From the sequence record NC_047713.1: DNA of 64,000 nt, one strand, 5' to 3'. A program made the translations under genes and the position numbers. This document shows positions 9,903 to 18,477 of the stretch, piece by piece. Numbering within the stretch: the stretch's first letter is position 1; each line of letters begins with the position of its first letter. The notes under the pieces were generated by a model. The model searched no databases. It saw only the letters and a list, made by a program, of their open reading frames with translations, and was not told the DNA's origin.

Positions 9903-9915
9903 CTGGCACAGGGGG

Positions 9916-9944
9916 TTGGCACCCTGGGGAATCTGTGTTATAAT
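9916..9944 (+). promoter_or_regulatory. Sigma70-type promoter for psbA
   Basis: TTGGCA-N17-TATAAT with extended TG. Confidence 0.75.
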
Positions 9945-9983
9945 AAACACATAAATAAGAAATGTAACGTTCTTATTACAACA

Positions 9984-10095
9984 CTTCCATCTAACCGAGA
10001 CCTATGGGGAAGTAAAATACGTCTCTAATACCTACACCGGAGGGTGGTGTAGGAATAATACTATCGTCAGCTCCCCCTGGCACTACTTACCCTTT
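9984..10095 (+). ncRNA. Structured psbA 5' leader, probably the PhotoRC-II RNA motif
   Basis: GAGAC(9997)/GTCTC(10021) pairing, CCTACACC/GGTGTAGG hairpin (10031-10053), possible CTTCC/GGAAG pseudoknot; the position upstream of a cyanophage psbA fits that motif (family assigned from memory, not searched). Confidence 0.55.
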
Positions 10096-10102
10096 TTACA
10101 CA

Positions 10103-11182
10103 ATGGCTTCAACACTTACACGCCGTCAAGGCGCATCTATCTGGGATCAGTTTTGTTCCTGGGTCACATCAACCAACAATCGTCTTTACGTCGGTTGGTT
10201 CGGTGTTCTAATGATTCCTACATTGTTAGCCGCAACTGTATGTTTCATTATCGCTTTCGTGGGTGCTCCCCCAGTGGACATCGACGGAATCCGTGAACCA
10301 GTAGCTGGTTCACTCATGTATGGAAACAACATCATCTCTGGTGCAGTTGTTCCTAGTTCAAACGCAATCGGTCTACACTTCTACCCAATCTGGGAAGCAG
10401 CCACACTCGACGAATGGCTCTACAACGGTGGTCCTTTCCAACTAGTTGTCTTCCACTTCCTTATTGGTATCTACGCCTATATGGGACGTGAGTGGGAACT
10501 CTCTTATCGTTTAGGTATGAGACCTTGGATCTGTGTAGCATACTCTGCACCAGTTGCAGCAGCTTCAGCAGTATTCCTAGTCTATCCTTTCGGTCAAGGT
10601 TCATTCTCAGACGCGATGCCCTTGGGTATCTCTGGAACATTCAACTACATGTTGGTCTTCCAAGCAGAACATAACATCTTGATGCACCCCTTCCACATGT
10701 TGGGAGTCGCAGGTGTCTTCGGTGGTTCATTGTTCTCAGCGATGCATGGTTCACTTGTTACCTCTTCACTTGTCCGTGAGACAACTGAAACTGAGTCACA
10801 GAACTATGGTTACAAGTTCGGCCAAGAAGAAGAGACCTATAACATCGTGGCAGCCCATGGCTACTTCGGTCGTTTGATCTTCCAATACGCTTCATTCAAC
10901 AACTCACGCTCACTCCACTTCTTCTTAGCCGCATGGCCAGTTGTGGGTATCTGGTTCACCGCACTTGGTGTTTCCACAATGGCATTCAACCTCAATGGTT
11001 TCAACTTCAACCAGTCTGTTATCGACGGACAAGGTAGAGTATTGAACACCTGGGCGGATGTTCTTAACAGAGCTGGTCTTGGGATGGAAGTAATGCATGA
11101 GAGAAATGCACACAACTTCCCACTAGATTTGGCAGCAGCTGAGTCCACACCAGTGGCTCTAATTGCACCATCTGTTGGTTGA
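10103..11182 (+). CDS. psbA: Photosystem II D1 protein, intron-free, Gln130 form
   Basis: Full D1 sequence: [34 protein letters not shown]. Confidence 0.99.
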   Translation: MASTLTRRQGASIWDQFCSWVTSTNNRLYVGWFGVLMIPTLLAATVCFIIAFVGAPPVDIDGIREPVAGSLMYGNNIISGAVVPSSNAIGLHFYPIWEAATLDEWLYNGGPFQLVVFHFLIGIYAYMGREWELSYRLGMRPWICVAYSAPVAAASAVFLVYPFGQGSFSDAMPLGISGTFNYMLVFQAEHNILMHPFHMLGVAGVFGGSLFSAMHGSLVTSSLVRETTETESQNYGYKFGQEEETYNIVAAHGYFGRLIFQYASFNNSRSLHFFLAAWPVVGIWFTALGVSTMAFNLNGFNFNQSVIDGQGRVLNTWADVLNRAGLGMEVMHERNAHNFPLDLAAAESTPVALIAPSVG

Positions 11183-11203
11183 TCACTCAACCTGTGGTAT
11201 GAT

Positions 11204-11235
11204 AAAGGGGGACTTCGGTCCCCTTTCTTTTTCTT
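11204..11235 (+). terminator. Rho-independent terminator with cUUCGg tetraloop
   Basis: AAAGGGGGAC-TTCG-GTCCCCTTT followed by a T-rich tail. Confidence 0.85.
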
Positions 11236-11252
11236 TTGTAATGTAAAGTTTT

Positions 11253-11483
11253 ATGTCTCACGATCTAATCGAATTGCTCACTTACTATGTGATCGGTGGT
11301 GCCCTTATCATAGGACCACCCGCTATCTTTCTCATCATTGCTATGATGGCAGCACTCCAAAATACGAAAGGTCGCATGGTTGGATACAAAGATCACAAAA
11401 CTTATGGTGATTCATCCATCTACGATCCGGCACCAAAATTGCCAGTAGATCAAACAAAATTCTTCCTGGAACTTAACAACTGA
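11253..11483 (+). CDS. Small membrane protein between psbA and psbD
   Basis: 76 aa, one hydrophobic helix. Confidence 0.7.
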   Translation: MSHDLIELLTYYVIGGALIIGPPAIFLIIAMMAALQNTKGRMVGYKDHKTYGDSSIYDPAPKLPVDQTKFFLELNN

Positions 11484-11494
11484 GGTAAACAAAA

Positions 11495-12550
11495 ATGACG
11501 ACAAGTACACTTACAACACCACAAAGGGGGTGGTTCGATGTCCTGGATGACTGGGTTAAACGCGATAGGTTTGTCTTTATTGGCTGGTCTGGATTACTAC
11601 TTCTTCCCACTGCTTATCTTGCCATTGGCGGCTGGCTTACTGGCACAACTTTTGTCACGAGTTGGTACACCCATGGTCTTGCTTCTTCCTATCTTGAGGG
11701 TGCTAACTTTCTCACGGCGGCTGTCTCGACTCCTGCTGATGCTATGGGTCATTCTCTTCTTCTACTTTGGGGTCCTGAATCTCAGGGCGACTTCCAGCGG
11801 TGGCTCCAACTTGGAGGGCTTTGGTCCTTTGTTGCTCTCCACGGTGCCTTCGCTTTAATTGGATTCATGCTTCGTCAGTTTGAACTATCACGACTCATTG
11901 GTATCCGTCCCTACAACGCTATTGCATTCAGTGGTCCTATCGCTGTATTTGTCAGTGTGTTTCTTCTATACCCACTAGGTCAATCTTCCTGGTTCTTTGC
12001 CCCCTCCTTTGGTGTGGCAGCAATCTTTAGATTCCTATTGTTTCTTCAGGGTTTCCACAACTGGACACTGAACCCCTTCCATATGATGGGAGTTGCTGGT
12101 ATACTAGGTGGAGCACTACTATCTGCAATCCATGGCGTTACTGTTGAAAATACCCTATATGAAGATGGAGAACAGAATAACACCTTCACTGCGTTCGATT
12201 CCACCCAGGAGGAAGAGACCTATTCGATGGTTACTGCGAACCGCTTCTGGTCGCAAATCTTCGGGGTTGCGTTTAGTAATAAGCGTTGGCTTCACTTCTT
12301 TATGTTGTTTGTTCCTGTCATGGGTCTTTGGGTCTCAAGTATTGGGATCATTGGGCTTGCTCTTAATCTTCGTGCTTATGATTTTGTGAGCCAAGAGATT
12401 AGAGCAGCAGAAGATCCTGAGTTTGAAACTTTCTACACAAAGAACATCCTTCTTAACGAAGGACTAAGAGCATGGATGGCACCTGTGGATCAACCACATG
12501 AGTCATTTGTATTCCCAGAAGAAGTTCTACCTAGAGGTAACGCATTGTGA
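11495..12550 (+). CDS. psbD: Photosystem II D2 protein
   Basis: [35 protein letters not shown]. Confidence 0.99.
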   Translation: MTTSTLTTPQRGWFDVLDDWVKRDRFVFIGWSGLLLLPTAYLAIGGWLTGTTFVTSWYTHGLASSYLEGANFLTAAVSTPADAMGHSLLLLWGPESQGDFQRWLQLGGLWSFVALHGAFALIGFMLRQFELSRLIGIRPYNAIAFSGPIAVFVSVFLLYPLGQSSWFFAPSFGVAAIFRFLLFLQGFHNWTLNPFHMMGVAGILGGALLSAIHGVTVENTLYEDGEQNNTFTAFDSTQEEETYSMVTANRFWSQIFGVAFSNKRWLHFFMLFVPVMGLWVSSIGIIGLALNLRAYDFVSQEIRAAEDPEFETFYTKNILLNEGLRAWMAPVDQPHESFVFPEEVLPRGNAL

Positions 12551-12792
12551 TTAACGCACTCTTCACTTTTATATTTGCTGCGGTGATGTGGGTGCAAGTC
12601 CCACAGTGGCAGGATGATTGGTCTAAGTGCGCAGTAGATGTACCTGATGTTCAATGTCATTGGTATATCACAGCACCCGATAGCACCATGGGTGAAGGAT
12701 TTAGTTGGGCGAATGCCCCTTGGTTCAGTGCTGAAGGTCTCCTTGATATTGGAGAACTTCACAACACAGTTCAATCACTTCAGGAGGCATGA
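12547..12792 (+). CDS. Cyanophage hypothetical protein
   Basis: GTG start overlapping the psbD stop; N-terminal hydrophobic segment, Trp-rich. Confidence 0.7.
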   Translation: MINALFTFIFAAVMWVQVPQWQDDWSKCAVDVPDVQCHWYITAPDSTMGEGFSWANAPWFSAEGLLDIGELHNTVQSLQEA

Positions 12793-13004
12793 TGAATATA
12801 TTATTTTTAGTATTATACTTCGTCTGTTTCTGTCTCATTGCAGGTGGTGCCGCAGCTATGATGTATGCAAACATACAATCTATCTGGAACACACCACCCG
12901 CTCCACCTAAACCAATTCATCCTGAGGCACCTGTAGCAGGTGAAGAGGTTATGTATGTCGATCTAACAAGAGAAAAACTGGAAGATTTGTACCATGAACA
13001 TTGA
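12789..13004 (+). CDS. Small membrane protein
   Basis: TM helix followed by HPEAP...EEVMYVDL. Confidence 0.65.
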   Translation: MMNILFLVLYFVCFCLIAGGAAAMMYANIQSIWNTPPAPPKPIHPEAPVAGEEVMYVDLTREKLEDLYHEH

Positions 13005-13116
13005 ATACCTTTTAGGTTGGGTTGCTATTCTTGTTTTGTTTATAGCAACACAGAATACTGATGATGACGATGATCCAGAAGGTGGTATGATGGTTCCTTC
13101 CACTCAATCTACATAA
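12994..13116 (+). CDS. Small membrane peptide (40 aa) with acidic tail
   Basis: MNIEYLLGWVAILVLFIATQNTDDDDDPEGGMMVPSTQST; below the ORF-track cutoff. Confidence 0.6.
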   Translation: MNIEYLLGWVAILVLFIATQNTDDDDDPEGGMMVPSTQST

Positions 13117-13125
13117 CAAAACTAC

Positions 13126-13154
13126 AAGGGGATTGCTAACAATCCTCTTTTTTT
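13126..13154 (+). terminator. Rho-independent terminator
   Basis: AAGGGGATTG-ctaa-CAATCCTCTT followed by a T run. Confidence 0.8.
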
Positions 13155-13238
13155 GTATCGTTATTTTGTTTGATTGTTATATATTGTGTGTATTCTCACA
13201 CAAACCATATACATAGAGTGTAGAACAAGAGGAGTATT

Positions 13239-13439
13239 ATGTTATCGCATAATCTTATTTCGCATAACCAATTAGAAGGTTGGCGAGAATCTTTTCAGAA
13301 GATAGATAAATCTACCAATAGAACAACAGACGAACTAAACCTAATTAATGATTACTATGATTGCTTAATAGAGTGTGATGATAACCAATCAGCATGTAAG
13401 CGTATCTGTAAACATGTATTGACATCTCCACCAATTTAA
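13239..13439 (+). CDS. Small four-cysteine protein
   Basis: YYDCLIECDDNQSACKRICK; GAGGAG Shine-Dalgarno. Confidence 0.75.
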   Translation: MLSHNLISHNQLEGWRESFQKIDKSTNRTTDELNLINDYYDCLIECDDNQSACKRICKHVLTSPPI

Positions 13440-13451
13440 ATATGTTAGAAT

Positions 13452-13478
13452 GGAGGGTATAACAACCCTCCTTTTTTT
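13452..13478 (+). terminator. Rho-independent terminator
   Basis: GGAGGGT-ataaca-ACCCTCC plus T7. Confidence 0.8.
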
Positions 13479-13646
13479 ATGCGCTTTGACTTATCCTTGG
13501 AAGACTACACTATTATCCTCAACGCCTTACACTACTGGAAGAAAGTAGAGAAGCGTGGCAACTTCAAGCAGTATAATGAGGAGCGAGTCAACGATCTTAG
13601 GGACCGAATGGCCCACCAAATCGTCTGGGAACAGGGTGAAGAGTAG
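13479..13646 (+). CDS. Small hypothetical protein (55 aa)
   Basis: MRFDLSLEDYTIILNALHYWKK...; below the ORF-track cutoff. Confidence 0.55.
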   Translation: MRFDLSLEDYTIILNALHYWKKVEKRGNFKQYNEERVNDLRDRMAHQIVWEQGEE

Positions 13647-13761
13647 CAAATACCACCATTTTCAGGAACCTCTCACCAAACCTTTGGGATACACTATGGA
13701 AAAACGGGTTGTTGATCGCCTATAATAAGGGGGTAGAACACAACTGGAGAGAAAATCCACT

Positions 13762-14145
13762 ATGAAAATCCAACAATCAATGCTTCGTCGTCTCGCCGCT
13801 AAGAAGGGGAAGAAGCAGAACGGATTCACACTAATTGAACTGATGGTGGTTGTTGCTATCGTTGGTGTATTGTCGGCTGTTGGTCTCCCTCAGTTATTGA
13901 AAGCACAAGACCGAGCAAAGATCTCAGTAGCACAACAGGAAGCAGTCAACTACGCTAAAGAGTGTTCTATCTCCATCCTTACAGGTGGTGATGGTCCTGT
14001 CGTTGCTAACTTTTCAACAGTTCCTGCCGACCAAACCTGTGCCGCTGGTACTGATGTAACCGCTTTATCTGATACTGAGACAGTAGTAACCTGGACAGTA
14101 GAAATGGAAGGCGGCATCCCTGGCGTTCCTTCTTCCGATGAGTGA
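13762..14145 (+). CDS. pilA: Type IV major pilin-like protein with class III signal peptide
   Basis: Basic leader ...RRLAAKKGKKQNG|FTLIELMVVVAIVGVLSAVGLP (G|F cleavage, Glu+5); two Cys in the globular part. Confidence 0.88.
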   Translation: MKIQQSMLRRLAAKKGKKQNGFTLIELMVVVAIVGVLSAVGLPQLLKAQDRAKISVAQQEAVNYAKECSISILTGGDGPVVANFSTVPADQTCAAGTDVTALSDTETVVTWTVEMEGGIPGVPSSDE

Positions 14146-14151
14146 TCTATT

Positions 14152-14715
14152 ATGAACCTAATGTCCACCATGGTGGGACTTAGCATCATGGGGGCTTCTG
14201 CCCCCGCTATGATGAAAATGTCCATGGCACCATATGAAGCACAACTAAGAGCACAAAACCTAGGTGTAGCCGAAACTGCTGCTGTAGTATTCGCCGCTAC
14301 TTACGAAGGTAAGCTCGAACTCCCAGAAGATACAGACACCTGTGTATCAAAACTACGTGAAGGTACTGCAAACGCTTTTAGCGTTACCTGTACTGAAGGT
14401 GATGGTAGGTATGTTCAGTCTGTAACTCGTGCATTCCGTCTAGCTGTTCCCGATGAAGGACTAGACGGTGGTAATGCAACTGATACAAGCAGAGAGTTTG
14501 CATTTGAAACTCCTACTCGTTTCTCAGGACACCAATGTCCTGGTTATGATTCCTGGGGAGTCAACGGTTACAATGACAAAAACTACTCTGCCTTAGGTGG
14601 AGCTTGTATTCCTAACGATGGATGGAATCAAACTAATTATCAGTTCTCTGATCCAGACGCTTGGCTTTATGACATCAACAACCGTAATGGTTGGGGAGCA
14701 CATCCTGACTACTAA
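14152..14715 (+). CDS. Putative minor-pilin-like protein
   Basis: N-terminus MNLMSTMVGLSIMG aligns to mature pilin FTLIELMVVVAIVG; four Cys; directly after pilA. Confidence 0.5.
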   Translation: MNLMSTMVGLSIMGASAPAMMKMSMAPYEAQLRAQNLGVAETAAVVFAATYEGKLELPEDTDTCVSKLREGTANAFSVTCTEGDGRYVQSVTRAFRLAVPDEGLDGGNATDTSREFAFETPTRFSGHQCPGYDSWGVNGYNDKNYSALGGACIPNDGWNQTNYQFSDPDAWLYDINNRNGWGAHPDY

Positions 14716-14897
14716 TGATTGAGTTACTCGCATCTAGCATTATCATTTACGGTAATGCCAACGGGGTGTGGTCTCCCTCACATCCCGATATTTATCCTTA
14801 TTCAGAACCACCTACACGAGTAGAAAAACCTGAAACTCCAAAAACATCTACGACTAGCGGAAATGGAGATATCATTTTCCCTCAACTATTAGAATAA
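14715..14897 (+). CDS. Small hypothetical protein, third gene of the pilin operon
   Basis: TAATG overlap; MIELLASSIII N-terminus, Pro/Thr-rich. Confidence 0.55.
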   Translation: MIELLASSIIIYGNANGVWSPSHPDIYPYSEPPTRVEKPETPKTSTTSGNGDIIFPQLLE

Positions 14898-14918
14898 CTA
14901 AAACTAGGAAACACACAC

Positions 14919-14941
14919 AGGAGGGCAACCCTCCTTTTTTT
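14919..14941 (+). terminator. Rho-independent terminator
   Basis: AGGAGGG-caa-CCCTCCT followed by a T run. Confidence 0.8.
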
Positions 14942-14974
14942 GTGCTATAATTACTAGTGAGTTGTGAGACTACT

Positions 14975-15256
14975 ATGGATGAAAGAATAAGAACTTTATA
15001 TGTCTTTCAGTCAGAAGAGCGTCTCATAACTCATGACGGGCATGTTCAACTAGGTTGTCACAACATGACTATGGAAGAGTTTATGTCTTTCGATAGGGAG
15101 AATATCCGATACATCGAAACCTACTGGTTGCCTGATGTATTTGGAAATAGGTATAAGCGTTCTAACTTCCAAGCACACCAGAGGGTATCTGGGGAGAAGG
15201 GTGTATTAGAACTATCTAATAACCAACCAGGAAACAGACTTGATAGGTCTGTATAA
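14975..15256 (+). CDS. Hypothetical protein
   Basis: Open frame after extended -10 TGCTATAAT (14943-14951). Confidence 0.6.
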   Translation: MDERIRTLYVFQSEERLITHDGHVQLGCHNMTMEEFMSFDRENIRYIETYWLPDVFGNRYKRSNFQAHQRVSGEKGVLELSNNQPGNRLDRSV

Positions 15257-15284
15257 GGCACCTATATACACAAAAAGGATTCCT

Positions 15285-15494
15285 ATGGGACCTATAATTG
15301 TATTTGCTTGTTTTCTACCTATAGTTGCTATATTCATTGTAATAAAACTAGCTGTTTGGGTAGAAGCTGTTAACTCCGAAACAAACTATGTCAGAGAAGA
15401 ACCTTCAAGACAACGAGGACCTTGGGTGGAAAACCCATATGAGGATATTGATGTTGAGGAAGAGGAGTATGGAGATCGCACAGACTATCGATGA
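15285..15494 (+). CDS. Small membrane protein
   Basis: MGPIIVFACFLPIVAIFIVIKL TM helix, acidic tail. Confidence 0.6.
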   Translation: MGPIIVFACFLPIVAIFIVIKLAVWVEAVNSETNYVREEPSRQRGPWVENPYEDIDVEEEEYGDRTDYR

Positions 15495-15621
15495 AGCGAT
15501 TAACGACTATTATTCGCTTCATGGACTCCCTGTTCCCGATTGGAAACTGAAAAAGAATCCAGACTGGTGGATTGAATACTTACTTTCTCTTGGATTAACT
15601 GATAACAATGAACCCCTTTAA
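15469..15621 (+). CDS. Small hypothetical protein (50 aa)
   Basis: GAGGAG SD then MEIAQTIDEAINDYY...DWWIEYL. Confidence 0.6.
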   Translation: MEIAQTIDEAINDYYSLHGLPVPDWKLKKNPDWWIEYLLSLGLTDNNEPL

Positions 15622-15778
15622 GATACTCGGACCTTTCCTGAACCTATTGGTGGTGTATAGTCTATGGTATTCTGACTTATACAGTAGGAATCGATACTAC
15701 GCATATGGTATTGTACTACTACACATTCTCGTACTGGCATCAATTCCAACCATACCCGCAATTCTATATTGGTATTAA
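15608..15778 (+). CDS. Small membrane protein (56 aa)
   Basis: MNPFKILGPFLNLLVVYSLWY...HILVLASIPTIPAILYWY; two hydrophobic segments; fills the gap before talC. Confidence 0.5.
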   Translation: MNPFKILGPFLNLLVVYSLWYSDLYSRNRYYAYGIVLLHILVLASIPTIPAILYWY

Positions 15779-15780
15779 TT

Positions 15781-16431
15781 ATGAAGATCTTTTTAGACAC
15801 TGCTGACTTGAATGAGATCAGAGAAGCATCATCCACTGGTTTGATTGATGGGGTGACTACCAACCCAACACTCATTCTAAAGAGTGGTAATGACCTATAC
15901 TCCACTGCAAAACTATTACAACTAGAATACCCCACATTTGAGAGTATCTCCACTGAGGTGGTTGCAGACACCGCAGAGGAGATGGTAGAACAGGCACGTC
16001 AGTATCTTAATATTGGATCTGCAATCACTGTTAAGGTTCCTTGTACTGTAGAGGGTCTTAAGGCGTGTAGAACACTCTCAGAGGAGGGTGTGAAGACCAA
16101 TGTGACCCTTGTGTTCTCTGTATCCCAGGCTATCCTGGCAGCTAAGTCAGGAGCCACCTACGTGTCTCCCTTTGTTGGTAGGGTGAATGATAACTCCTTC
16201 AGTGGAGTTGCACTTATCCAAGCTATCTCAGAGACCTTCTCCCTACACAGGGTGAAGACAGAGGTATTGGCAGCTTCAGTTCGTGAAGCAAACCAAGTAG
16301 GACGTTGTTTTGCAGCTGGTGCTGACATTTGCACCATCCCAACTAAAGTATTCTGGAAGATGTACGAGCACATTCTCACAGAGAAAGGTTTAGAACTCTT
16401 CCAAAAGGACTGGGAGAACTCAGTACGATAA
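15781..16431 (+). CDS. talC: Transaldolase (TalC/Fsa family)
   Basis: MKIFLDTAD, GVTTNPTLI, VKVP (Schiff-base Lys), NVTLVFS, YVSPFVGR. Confidence 0.97.
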   Translation: MKIFLDTADLNEIREASSTGLIDGVTTNPTLILKSGNDLYSTAKLLQLEYPTFESISTEVVADTAEEMVEQARQYLNIGSAITVKVPCTVEGLKACRTLSEEGVKTNVTLVFSVSQAILAAKSGATYVSPFVGRVNDNSFSGVALIQAISETFSLHRVKTEVLAASVREANQVGRCFAAGADICTIPTKVFWKMYEHILTEKGLELFQKDWENSVR

Positions 16432-16459
16432 AGTGTGAATATCCACACTTTAAGTATTA

Positions 16460-16467
16460 TATAAATA
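16460..16467 (+). promoter_or_regulatory. T4-type late promoter
   Basis: TATAAATA. Confidence 0.65.
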
Positions 16468-16494
16468 TTAAAGAATACATATTTCTTTGCATAA

Positions 16495-16701
16495 ATGAAA
16501 CGTCCAGCCTTTTATTTGGTTGCGAGTGTTGTTATTGTTCAGATGTTAATGGCGGCGGGGGTATTATTTGGTTGTTTTGCACGACCGGATCCCCGTTGTA
16601 CCGGAGATAAGGCATCTGATTTACTGAATAATATTATTGTACAAACTTTCGCACTCTATGCGGCTGAGAAAGTTTCCCATAAAGATGATAAACAAGTATA
16701 G
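16495..16701 (+). CDS. Small membrane protein
   Basis: 68 aa, N-terminal TM helix, two Cys. Confidence 0.6.
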   Translation: MKRPAFYLVASVVIVQMLMAAGVLFGCFARPDPRCTGDKASDLLNNIIVQTFALYAAEKVSHKDDKQV

Positions 16702-16710
16702 TGTGGTAGA

Positions 16711-16740
16711 ATAGGGGAGAACACCTCCACCTATTTTTTT
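16711..16740 (+). terminator. Probable Rho-independent terminator
   Basis: ATAGGGGAG...CTCCACCTAT (one bulge) followed by a T run. Confidence 0.6.
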
Positions 16741-17229
16741 ATGCCTATCAATAAAGAGTATTATGATAAATGGTATGGGATATGGAGTTCCCAGTCAGAA
16801 GATGTATTGGAAGTTACTGCCTTAGTTAGAGCTATTGAATGTACTAATGGGTGTATTCAGTGGGCGTTTAGGGACGATGATGACAGGTCACTACCCATTG
16901 AGAAGACCAGAGAGGCTATGAAACTCTCCATGGGTGTGATGAAGAATAAGGTTTTACCATTCCCTGATGGTGGGAAGTTTGTTATCCCAGAGGATGTAGT
17001 TCCCCTCATGGATAAGTCCAGAGATATTTACATTAGAGGATTCAAACAAGGTGATGAGGATGCCTACCAAGAGTTTATGGCACTATCCAAGTCACACTTT
17101 GTTGTAATGGGTAGAGAGAGGATGGATAGAAACTTCCAGAAGGTGAAGGATCATTTCATAGATGTGTTTAGTGACTACTGGATTGAGATGGGTAGGGGAT
17201 ATGTTTATGCCCTTGGGGAGTATGTATAA
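16741..17229 (+). CDS. Hypothetical protein
   Basis: 162-aa ORF with phage-like codon use. Confidence 0.7.
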   Translation: MPINKEYYDKWYGIWSSQSEDVLEVTALVRAIECTNGCIQWAFRDDDDRSLPIEKTREAMKLSMGVMKNKVLPFPDGGKFVIPEDVVPLMDKSRDIYIRGFKQGDEDAYQEFMALSKSHFVVMGRERMDRNFQKVKDHFIDVFSDYWIEMGRGYVYALGEYV

Positions 17230-17232
17230 ATA
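17225..17232 (+). promoter_or_regulatory. T4-type late promoter
   Basis: TATAAATA overlapping the stop codon. Confidence 0.55.
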
Positions 17233-17253
17233 TCTGGTATCGCTTCTCCTCCA

Positions 17254-17445
17254 ATGGACGAAAATAGTGCATCACGTATTTTAGATTCAGCAGGAAAAGG
17301 TGGGCATGTTAATCCTACCGCCCTGGCTGTTACCATACGTGCCGCAGTGAAGGAATGTCTAGACCATAATGGTATGGTTAGTATGTCATCCCTCTACGAA
17401 CTCAGTTGTCAGTTGGAAAAGAAGGGAAAAGAGTGGTATGATTAG
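17254..17445 (+). CDS. Hypothetical protein
   Basis: 63-aa ORF in a tightly packed series. Confidence 0.55.
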   Translation: MDENSASRILDSAGKGGHVNPTALAVTIRAAVKECLDHNGMVSMSSLYELSCQLEKKGKEWYD

Positions 17446-17465
17446 TAAACTTATTTGGTGATGTC

Positions 17466-17666
17466 ATGAGTGAAAAACTTTGGGTGAAGATGGCGGAAGT
17501 ATTCTACAATAAGGATGCCGAGACCGCAGAGCGAATGGGAGTTGAGAACTTCTTCAATAAAGCAGCATCTAGAATGATTGCAGTTGTTGCTGAGAGTATT
17601 GATGGGGAGGAGAGACTATACCTAGAAGAGCAATCCAAAATAGCAGAGGCTGAGCAACGAGTATGA
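17466..17666 (+). CDS. Hypothetical protein
   Basis: 66-aa ORF. Confidence 0.55.
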   Translation: MSEKLWVKMAEVFYNKDAETAERMGVENFFNKAASRMIAVVAESIDGEERLYLEEQSKIAEAEQRV

Positions 17667-17890
17667 ACACTTACTATGTGATAGTATACACACTAGTATT
17701 CTTTGTTGGTGTGTGTATTATTGAACCCAACCTACTCAAGTGGATAGAACTCCAGTTTAAGTGGGCAGGTATAAACGTTAGAAGAGCTATACTTATCGTT
17801 CAATTTCATCCACGTAACTTTGTTACCAACTGGATAATTCGTAGGAAGTTTCAGAAGATTATCAGAGAACATAGTCAACCTAAAGAGTAG
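17663..17890 (+). CDS. Small membrane protein
   Basis: N-terminal TM helix; ATGA overlap. Confidence 0.6.
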   Translation: MNTYYVIVYTLVFFVGVCIIEPNLLKWIELQFKWAGINVRRAILIVQFHPRNFVTNWIIRRKFQKIIREHSQPKE

Positions 17891-17899
17891 GAGTTAGTT

Positions 17900-18076
17900 G
17901 TGATTGAGACTTTGGCATTTGTTTTCCTTTCATGCCAAGATGCACGTCAGGTTGCAGATCGTGCAATGAATACTGAGAGTATTACCAAAGAAGTAGCCAT
18001 AGAAGTTATTATTGAACTTGATATAGCTTCTGGCGGCAAATGTAACTTACCTGGAATAACTGATGGGCATGTTTGA
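17900..18076 (+). CDS. Small hypothetical protein (58 aa)
   Basis: AGGAG SD, GTG start, MIETLAFVFLSCQDA...KCNL. Confidence 0.5.
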   Translation: MIETLAFVFLSCQDARQVADRAMNTESITKEVAIEVIIELDIASGGKCNLPGITDGHV

Positions 18077-18452
18077 TACTATAAGATGCTCCTATGATAT
18101 TGGAGAACTCACTGATGTAGAATGTCAGTCTAAGAATATAGATGATTGGGGAGGCACTATGTCTTTCTATTGGGTAGATCCTAATGGGAGGTTGTGGTCT
18201 CCCAGTTATGCTGGAACCTATGACTTTGTTCCTGAAGAAGGACCCTTCCCTGAGCTTGGAAAGGGGAAGCTTAGTCATGTACAATATTTGGGTACTAAAC
18301 CTAATGGAACTCATGGGAAGTATCAGTTCATACCTATGACACGATGTATAGAAATATATGATACAAAAACACATGCGGATGGGTATGTAGAGTTTGTGAC
18401 ATGTTACTTGTCATTCTACCAAGGACTACTGAGAGATTACTTTTATAAATAA
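18063..18452 (+). CDS. Phage hypothetical protein
   Basis: MGMFDTIRC..QSKNID..YWVDPNGRLW. Confidence 0.7.
   Translation: MGMFDTIRCSYDIGELTDVECQSKNIDDWGGTMSFYWVDPNGRLWSPSYAGTYDFVPEEGPFPELGKGKLSHVQYLGTKPNGTHGKYQFIPMTRCIEIYDTKTHADGYVEFVTCYLSFYQGLLRDYFYK
18444..18451 (+). promoter_or_regulatory. T4-type late promoter
   Basis: TATAAATA 27 nt before the ATG. Confidence 0.75.
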
Positions 18453-18477
18453 GTCCATACAGAGTTGTTTTTAACCA

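Noticed and set aside
10103-12550. Group I intron or homing endonuclease in or between psbA and psbD
   Set aside because: Both genes are uninterrupted and full length; the intervening ORF is a small membrane protein.
13239-13439. CP12 assignment for the four-Cys protein
   Set aside because: It lacks the AWD.VEEL core and the C-terminal C..NP....C..YD pattern of CP12.
14715-14897. Third pilin based on the MIELL N-terminus
   Set aside because: The Glu is at position 3, the hydrophobic stretch is too short and there are no Cys; kept only as a hypothetical member of the operon.
14898-14941. Yfr2-like ncRNA (AAACTAGGAAACAC before a terminator)
   Set aside because: Only one GGAAACA copy and no room for a separate promoter or 5' motif; most likely a plain 3' UTR.
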